A program made the translations under genes and the position numbers. From contig JBOZIK010000001.1 in NCBI GenBank assembly GCA_051453625.1, positions 40,462,399 to 40,506,070 on the forward strand: DNA of 43,672 nt, given 5' to 3'. The notes under the pieces were generated by a model. The model worked only from the letters and a program-made list of their open reading frames with translations. It did not search any database and was not told the origin of the DNA. Of this stretch, positions 35,453 to 43,672 are shown piece after piece; within the stretch, counting starts at the first letter, position 1; each line of letters starts with the position of its first letter. The stretch comes from Welwitschia mirabilis (Eukaryota).

Positions 35453-37940
35453 GTTCTGAAATAGGTAAATCTATTCCTTTTTATTGTACTTAGTGCTGAT
35501 GATCTTTGCTTGAAAGGCTCAAAAACATTAGTGTATTTTTCTTGTCTACTGCTACTCTGGAAGAGCAAGGATTATAATTGTTGAACCCTGGGAATAAGAG
35601 TTGTTTGTATTAGAAGAATCTTTTGATCTAAGGGAACCAAGAGGCTGAAAGTTCTTGCTGCCTCATGAGAGTGGAGTGAGCTGGATTGCCGGACCACAAT
35701 AAAATTTCTAGTGCACTCTTTAGGTTTCGTAGCTTGGTTTTTATCTCTAAGTTTTTATTTTCAATTGTGTAAAGTACTATTTGCTTTTCTAGACTAAATT
35801 TTGAAAAACTCTATCCACCCCCGTAGGGTGTTTATGATCTTAACAATTGGTATCAGAGCCTGATTGCTCTAGATTAAGGTTTTCTCTATTCTTTCAAGTT
35901 TTTTCCAAGATAGCATCTACAAGCTATACAAAAGGACAATCCATCTCCAGACGTCCTTTGTTTTCAGGTTCAAATTATGCTTACTAGAAAACAAAGATGA
36001 CTATTTTCTTACAGTCTTTAGACTCAAACATTTGGGAAATGGTTGAGTTTGGATACATCTCTCCCACTAACATAGTTAATGGTAAATCCATTCTAAAACC
36101 CAAAAGTGAGTGGGATCTAGATGATAAAAAGGTTGCATAGATGAATGCTAAAGTTACGAATGCTTTGATATGTGCCCTGTTGTCTGAAGAATACAACAAA
36201 GTAGTGCAGTGCACAACAACACAAGAGATTTGGAAGACCTTAAGGGTTGCTCAAAAAGGAACCAAAATGGTTAAGAATACCAAATTACAAATGTTGGCCA
36301 CTCAGTTTGAAAACATTCGAATGCAAGATTTAGAGATGGTAGCAGATTACACCTCCAAAATAAATAATATTGTGAACAACATGTAGGGATTAGGAGAAGC
36401 TTTTCCATAGAACACGGTGGTTAGAAAAATTCTCAAGAGCCTTATAGAGGAGTTCAGACTAGAAATTATAGCCATAGAAGAAAGTAAGGATATTAATAGA
36501 TNNNNNNNNNAAGAGCTCAAAGGGTAACTCATGGCATATGAAGCTTCCTTACAAACTAAAGAAGAACCTCCAAAAAGAAAAAATATTGCATTGAAAGCTT
36601 GTTCTAAGAATGAAGAAGATAGTCAATCTAGTGAAGACATGGAAGATGATGACTTGGCTCTCTTAGCAAAAACTTTCAAAGAATTCCTTAGGAAGAAAGG
36701 GAGAAGATCTTTAAGACAATCTTTCAAACAAGCTATGGACAAAAGTAAGAACTCTCCTAGTTCCATTCAATGCTATGACTGTAAGGGATATGGTCATATT
36801 GCCTCTAACTGTACTAACAAAAGGAAGGAAAAGCGAAATGAAAGAAGGCTTTAAAAGCTACCTTGGATGATGACGAGATAGACAATCACACAGGGTTACA
36901 ACTAAGCGAAGATGAAAGATATCTCAACCTTAGTCTAATCTCAATAGTTGAAGCAGTAAGGGAATCTCTAGATTGTGGTTTTATTGCTAATGAAAATAAG
37001 GAAAATGAATGTGAAAGTGATGATGAAAGCATAACTCCAACATATGAGAAATTATATAACGTAAGCCTTGTGCTTGAAAAACAAAACCTTTATATGAAGA
37101 AACAGGTTGGTGAGTTAGAAAACAAACTAGAAGATGCTACACAAAAGATCAAGTTCCTCTCCAAGGAATTAGATTAAGCCAACAAAACGACTGAACACCT
37201 TGCAAATGGACAGGAGAATCTTAACTGACTTCTGGGGTTAGGGACGAGACCAAATGACAAGTCTAGAATTGGAACATCTTCTGGTGTATTGTCTGCTCAA
37301 AATTTTTTTGGCTCAAGTGTTAAGTACCATTCTTTTGTAAACACTAGTCTTAAATGTTTTTATTGCCAAGAGTATGGCCATATTCAATTCTCTTCTCTTC
37401 ACAAGAAGTCTTTGTATTTTGGTTATAAGTATAATTTTAATTTTTAAAGAAAAGCTCAAACCATGCCATTAAAAACTAAACCTCGAAAAAACAATTGACA
37501 ATGGGTAAGAAAAGATTCTATGAGGTCCTTGTTTGCTCATCCTGCCTTTAAAGTTCAAGAGACCACAAATTGGTGCCCAGATAGTGGTTGTTCTCGACAC
37601 ATTGTGGACTAAGAATTTCAATGATCCCACTATAATAAGGTTGATAGAAAGTTATCGTCGTGTGCATGTCAAACATGCTCACCACCTTTTGTCGAATCGA
37701 GTGGATGATCTAAAAGTTGACAATCTTTTGTCTGGGTAAGTCATTTTAATGACAGATGTCCTCAAGCCACTTCAGTGCCCTGAATGTCCTCACTCAATAA
37801 AGCCCAAACGTCCTCCCTCCTTACAGTCAGATGGTATATAAGTGACCTGCTTATTGGTGTGGATGTCCCCACTCAAACAGCCCAGACGTCCTCCTCCTTG
37901 TGGGAAATTTGTATGAGTCTGTTTGTAAACAAGTATGAAC

Positions 37941-38054
37941 TGTTAGGATCGTACAATCACCCTAGAGGGGGCGGGGGAATGAATTTCTTACTAATTTTTG
38001 CAATACTATAAATCTGGAAACTTAAACAATGAACAGTAAACAATTAAGCATCAA
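37941..38054 (-). mobile_element. 3' end of another SIRE-like LTR in reverse orientation, cut by a gap
   Basis: tgttaggatc...caccctagagggggcgggg is the reverse complement of the LTR end seen at 6085-6119. Confidence 0.6.
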
Positions 38055-38154
38055 NNNNNNNNNNNNNNNNNNNNNNNNNNNNNNNNNNNNNNNNNNNNNN
38101 NNNNNNNNNNNNNNNNNNNNNNNNNNNNNNNNNNNNNNNNNNNNNNNNNNNNNN

Positions 38155-40242
38155 TCATTGAAAATATTTTCTGCAACACGAACATCCCAACTCAAGAAGC
38201 TCAGACGTCCCTACTCCTCTTAGCCTTTTTGTATGAGGGACTGCACCACCAATAGGTGCAGACGTCCTTACTTAAGTACCTTGGCCGTTCCCCCTCCTGT
38301 CAGTAACTTTTTATGAGGGACTGCACCTTTGATAAGTGTGGATGTTCCCCCCTTTACAAGGGCAGACATCCCCACCTTTCAGAAGTACAAACATCCGCAC
38401 CCCTTAAGGGTGGACGTCCGTCCTCCTCAAGTGTGGACGTCCCCATTCTTGGATCATTGCAAAATGGTTATTTTTGATGGAATGCATGACAATTGAAACA
38501 ATCACTTTTTGGCACGATCTTTAAGGCTGATTTGGTGAAGATTATTTCTTTGGGCTAGGCCCAAATTGGCAACAAAATAAATAAGATTTGAAATTAAGAG
38601 ATCTTGGAAATCTTAGTCTGTCTTTGTTCTAACAACTATATGTTATTCTTTATAAAAGACTGAAAGCTTCTCATTTGTTGCTAATGATCTTTTATGAACT
38701 ATGACCTTACTTTGGATATTATCAAGAAAGAGAACCAACGTTTAGTGATTCATTTGTACTACATTCAACTTGTCATATCTATGCTTGAGGCATTGTTCAT
38801 ATTTTTCCTTCTTACTGCGGTTGATTCTAAGCCAAGAAAAGACTCTAAACTGTACTTGGTTGATGATAAGCCTAAAATTATCAAAGTTGTAAAGGGTTGA
38901 TGATCAGTCATAAAATCATTTGTTAAAGAGATTCAAGGGAACCAAGGAAGGAGAGTCATCTATCTCTTCCTAAAGAGTGGAGTAGGCATATTGCTGAACC
39001 ACTATAAATTTCTTGTGTGTTGTTTATTTCTTCTTTGCATTGCTTCATTTGTTAATTATCTTTTGTGTAAAGCTGATTAAGTTAGATGGGGGCTCAAATA
39101 AGTTTATTAGAATTTTATTGTCAAACCTATTCACCCTCCTTTAGGATTTTCGATTGGTATCAGAGCCATGGTTGTTAGCTGGTTTTAGGTTTGAGTCTCG
39201 TTGGTGGCTTCTCGGTTTATGTGAGCATTTGGCATGTGAATTGAGGGGAAGATTGTTGGATATGCGCTACCCATGCCCAGCTCAACAAGTGGGTAAATAT
39301 AAAGGGTTCTAGTTTCTACCTAAGTCATGGCTTTTGGTGTGATGGTAAAGGGCCCAACAACCAAGGCTACAACTTTGGAAGATGCATCAACTCCTATGGA
39401 GAGAGTTTCTAAGGCCAAGGCTAGGAAACAACTTCGAACAAAGGCTAAAATAGAGAATTCACTTGATAAGCAAAGGCCATCAGAAACTAAACCAGAACAA
39501 CATGAAAGTAAGCAAGGGAGAGCTTCATTACCTGAGGTAAAGATGACTGTGTAAGACTGCATTCAACAATTAACAACATTAACCAATAAGCAGAGGTTCA
39601 AGCTTCTTGGTATGGTTGAATGGACCTTGCAAAGGTCCAAGCTTGCTCGTATGGTTGAATGGACCTTCATTGAGGAAATTAATATGCTACCCTTATTTAC
39701 TCAGCTTTTCCAACCATTTATGACAAAATTTAGGGTTTGGGCTTTGATTATTTAGTCTCCTGTCAAGGTGAATACTTCCCTTGAGAGGTAAAGCAATTTT
39801 ATGCCAACCTCAAATTAGAGACTTGATTTTCTATCTGCTGGTAATGTAGAAAAAGTCCTTTTTGCTTTTGCTGATAATGTCCGAATTAGTGTGAATCCTG
39901 AAATCATTAGGCAAGTCATAACAATGCTATATGAAAATGTCCTTATTTGGGAAGAGAATCATTCAGCAAAAATAGAAAAAGTGCTGCTACTGCAGCCAAG
40001 AATAAAGGAGTTTTGAAAGCCGATGCATTAGAAACAGTGGAAGGCTAGAAATGGGATGTGTTAAATCCAGATTGGAGAATTTTGTTGAAGGGGCTAATAA
40101 GGAGTTTATGCAGTGTGTCTCAAATCTTCCAAGGAACAATCTATCACATGAAGTTGTGTGTTAAGATTTTAGATGGTTGCCACATTTTATTTTAAAAGAA
40201 CCAAGAAGACCATTGGATCTCAAAAATTGAGCCATTTGCCTT
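38155..40242 (+). mobile_element. SIRE-like LTR and PBS followed directly by a decayed env-like/accessory ORF (non-autonomous derivative)
   Basis: GACGTCC repeats at 38200-38450, gaaccactataaattt at ~38996, tattcaccctcc at 39128, PBS at 39155-39166. Then a basic ORF (39327-39554) and LGFDYLVSCQGEYFP*EVKQFYANL (~39737-39811). No gag motifs seen. Confidence 0.65.
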
Positions 40243-40541
40243 TGTTAGAAATCTAACAAGAAGAAAGTACTGAAACAAAATGGAACAACAGGCATGCAAA
40301 AGGAACAACACAAAATTTATGTGGTTCGTGCTCTTTTTACCCTATGTCCATGAGAGGCAGTGTAGATCTCTATGGATTGATTAGGAGCAAATGTGTTCCA
40401 GATACAACAAACAACCCTCTAACAGGTTTATATAGCCTTAGGGTTAAGGTTACAAGCTAATGCCTTTTTACAACTTTAAATAGGTGTCAATGTTAAAATA
40501 TAACAGTTCAATATAAATAATATATTTCACTTCACACATCA
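40243..40541 (-). repeat. 3' LTR (299 bp) of the minus-strand Copia element
   Basis: Minus strand TGATG...TAACA, immediately preceded by the PPT AAGCGGGAGAGAG (40543-40555); internal CTATATAAA (40427-40435, minus). Confidence 0.75.
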
Positions 40542-43500
40542 ACTCTCTCCCGCTTGAAGACAAATTTCCCATGGCTTCAAGATTAGCTTCTTATGAAACT
40601 CATGAGATGCAATGCTTTCCAATGCCTCCAAATTAGCAACCTTGTAATCCAACATATTCCTTGTAGGTGTAATGTTGCAACCATTTATTGCCTTTGTGAG
40701 AAAATCAACAAAATTATGTTCTATTTTGACTTTAACAATATGGGCTATCTCCTTCTCCACCACATCTCGAATGAAGTGATACCTCATGTCAGTATGCTTT
40801 GTTCGAGTATGAAATGCAGCATTCTTAGCCAAGTGAACAACACTCTGGCTATCACAATAAATAGAGTACTCGTTTTGAGAAAGTCCAAACCACTCAAGCA
40901 TGCATCTGAGCCAAATCATCTCTTTGGTTGTATCAGTCAAAGCAATATACTCAGCCTCTGTAGTGGACAAAGCTACATCACTTTGAAGACATGACATCCA
41001 ACTGACAACTTCACCTCCAAGTGTAAATACATAATCTGTAGTAGATTTCGTAGTATCTCTACGACTTGCAAAATGTGCATCAGAGTAACTAACAACCTTT
41101 AAGCTAGAACCACCAAAGCACAAAGAATGATCTTGAGTGCCTTTTAAGTATCGCAAAATCCACTTGATTGCTTCCCAATGTGTCCTTTGAGGATTACTCA
41201 TGTACCTAGAAACAACTCCCACTGCCTGGGTAAGATCTGGCCTAGTAGAGACCATGGCATACATAAGACTACTAACTACAGAAGTGTAAGGAATATCAAA
41301 NNNNNNNNNNNNNNNNNNNNNNNNNNNNNNNNNNNNNNNNNNNNNNNNNNNNNNNNNNNNNNNNNNNNNNNNNNNNNNNNNNNNNNNNNNNNNNNNNNNN
41401 NNNNNNNNNNNNNNNNNNNNNNNNNNNNNNNNNNNNNNNNNNNNNNNNNNNNNNNNNNNNNNNNNNNNNNNNNNNNNNNNNNNNNNNNNNNNNNNNNNNN
41501 NNNNNNNNNNNNNNNNNNNNNNNNNNNNNNNNNNNNNNNNNNNNNNNNNNNNNNNNNNNNNNNNNNNNNNNNNNNNNNNNNNNNNNNNNNNNNNNNNNNN
41601 NNNNNNNNNNNNNNNNNNNNNNNNNNNNNNNNNNNNNNNNNNNNNNNNNNNNNNNNNNNNNNNNNNNNNNNNNNNNNNNNNNNNNNNNNNNNNNNNNNNN
41701 NNNNNNNNNNNNNNNNNNNNNNNNNNNNNNNNNNNNNNNNNNNNNNNNNNNNNNNNNNNNNNNNNNNNNNNNNNNNNNNNNNNNNNNNNNNNNNNNNNNN
41801 NNNNNNNNNNNNNNNNNNNNNNNNNNNNNNNNTCTGAAGACGTGACATCCAACTAACAGCTCCACCTCCAAGTGTAAATACATAACCTGTAGTAGATTTC
41901 CTAGTATCTATACATCCTGCGAAATTTGCATCTAACTAACAACTTTCAAGCTAGAACCACTAAAGCAGAAAGAATGATCCTGAGTGCCTTTCAAGTATTA
42001 CAATTTGACTACTTTCCAATGTGTCCTTCCAGGATTACTCATGTACCTAGAAACAACTCTCACTGCTTGGGCAAGTTCTGGCCTAGTGTAGACCATGGCA
42101 TAATGAGACTACCAACTACAGAAATGTAAGGAATATCAACCATACTTGTCTTCTCCCAACTAGAAATAGGACGGTCTTCTTTTGACAATTTAAAGTGTCC
42201 TACTAATGGAGTAGAAACAGGAGAACAGTCAGCCATGTTGAACCTTTTTAAGACCTTATGAATATAATCTGATTGACTTAGCCACAATTTTCCACTTTTC
42301 CTTGTCTTGCTCAATCCTTATTCCAAGGATTTGTTTTGCCTGCCCAAGGTTTTTTATCGCAAATGTCTTTGCCATCTATGATTTCAATCTCTATATTTCA
42401 TATAAATCATTCCCGACAATCAACATATCATCTACATATAATAACAGAATGGTAATCTTACCAGTGGTTTTCATCAAATAAACACAGTGATTTACTTTGT
42501 ATATTTCATATTCCTGTTCCATCATGAAGGTGTCAAATTTCTTGTACCATTGCCTAGGTGCCTGTTTTAGGCCATACAAACTTCTCTTCAACCTGCATAC
42601 CAAGTTCTTACCAATCCCAAAACCTTTGGCTGTTCCATATAAATTTCTTTTTGCAAATCACCATGCAAGAATGCAGTTTTGATATCCAATTGTTCTAATT
42701 TTTAATCCATGCAAGCTACCATAGCTAAAATGATATGAATGGAGGTATGTCTAACAACAGGAGGGAAAATTTCATTGAAATCAATACCTTTCTATTGTGC
42801 AAAACCCTTCAGTACTATTCTGGCCATGTAATGTTTTATTCCACTGGTTTCTTGTTTCAACCTATAGATCCACTTGTTTTTCAACNNNNNNNNNNTACCT
42901 CCCAAGTATGGTTCCGCTCAAAAGAATCCATTTCCTCATTCATAGCCTTCATACATTTACTAGCTTCAAAACTGCAAATGGCTTTCTGATATGACTTTGG
43001 TTCTCCTACATCTGTATAAAGAATATAATTAGGTGGTCTGGTGGGATTGGTAAAACGCCTAACCTGATGATCTGGTGTTTGAAAGTTCTCTACATTTTGT
43101 TAAGGTTCAGGTCTAATTTCAAGAACATTCTCATGTTCCACTTCTTCCTCTTCCTAATCAGAGGAGCTAGATTGAGAAATATCATCAATCATGAGATGAG
43201 TTCTAAACTAACTTTGAATACTGACAGGTTTTAGAAGTATGCCAGGATCAAATATTTCTTCATTTTGAATCCTTTCCTGAGATTTAAAATACATTATATC
43301 TTCATTAAACACTACATCACGTGATCTGAACACCTTCTTTTCCATAGGATCCCATAGCCTATGACAACGGTCATCACCATTGTAACACAAAAAAACACAT
43401 TTTCTGGCCCATTCTTCAAGCTTTAAAGCACTCTGTTGATGAGCATAGGCTTCACATCCAATCATCCTAAGGTGAGAGTAAGAAATAGAACTCCCACTCC

Positions 43501-43672
43501 ATCGACATTTTGGTACCTATCCCTCAATTCTATTATGTGGGCACCTATTCAACAAATATGCGATGGTACTTGCAACTTCAGCCCAAAATTGTTTGGGCAA
43601 ACCAAAATGTGTGAGAGTAGCTCTCACTCTTTCCAAAATGGTCCTATTTTGCCTTTCAGCCACTCCATTTTG
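40243..43672 (-). mobile_element. Ty1/Copia (Tnt1/Tork-like) element: integrase C-half, RT, RNase H, PPT, 3' LTR; pseudogenised; continues beyond the window
   Basis: QNGVAERQNRTILERVR, KCVFLCY...RLWDP...RSRDVVFNE, LYGLKQAPRQWYKKFD, LLLYVDDMLIVG, TRPDLTQAVGVVSRYM, VALSTTEAEYIA, YCDSQS...FHTRTKH. The order INT-RT-RH is Copia-type; several stops and frameshifts. Confidence 0.95.

Larger units (their letters stand above)
29896..37610 (+). mobile_element. SIRE/Maximus-like Copia element: 5' LTR (29896-35845, split by a hAT insertion), PBS, decayed gag and start of protease; 3' truncated
   Basis: LTR TGTTAG...CTTAACA is 973 bp once the hAT and one TSD copy are removed, with GGACGTC repeated motifs. 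PBS TGGTATCAGAGC at 35848-35859. gag GQSISRRPLFSGSNYAY*KTKMTIFLQSLD, zinc knuckle CYDCKGYGHIASNC, a second decayed knuckle CFYCQEYGH, and protease WCPDSGCSRH (~37570). Confidence 0.85.

Noticed and set aside
12854..41883. Long ORFs in the track made mostly of X (e.g. 12854-13714, 24944-25868, 32437-33579)
   Set aside because: Artefacts of N runs being translated without stops.

Overview
Eukaryotic (land-plant) draft genomic scaffold with many N gaps. It holds one host gene on the + strand, a group-4 (SULTR4-type) SulP/SLC26 sulfate transporter. Nine coding exons could be read directly with canonical GT-AG junctions and consistent phases (3939-28327); the 3' exons (last TM helices and STAS domain) are not visible and probably lie beyond the window end. 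About 58 codons expected between exon 6 and the exon at 27636 are not visible and probably sit in an unsized gap. Three introns are inflated to 5 kb, 16 kb and more than 15 kb by nested, mostly decayed transposons. These include L1-type LINE relics, Ty1/Copia elements (Tnt1/Tork-like pol and SIRE/Maximus-like gag, LTRs and env-like ORF), a ~5 kb hAT element with an intact 8-bp TSD inserted in a SIRE LTR, three TSD-flanked hAT MITEs, and a hAT derivative carrying a BED finger. I found no convincing evidence of a wholly new biological system. The most unusual structures are the missing exon block, a 690-bp tandem array of an env-like ORF, an LTR+PBS derivative carrying only the env-like ORF, and a ~370-bp inverted repeat in intron 4. 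All family assignments come from motif recognition by eye, not database searches.
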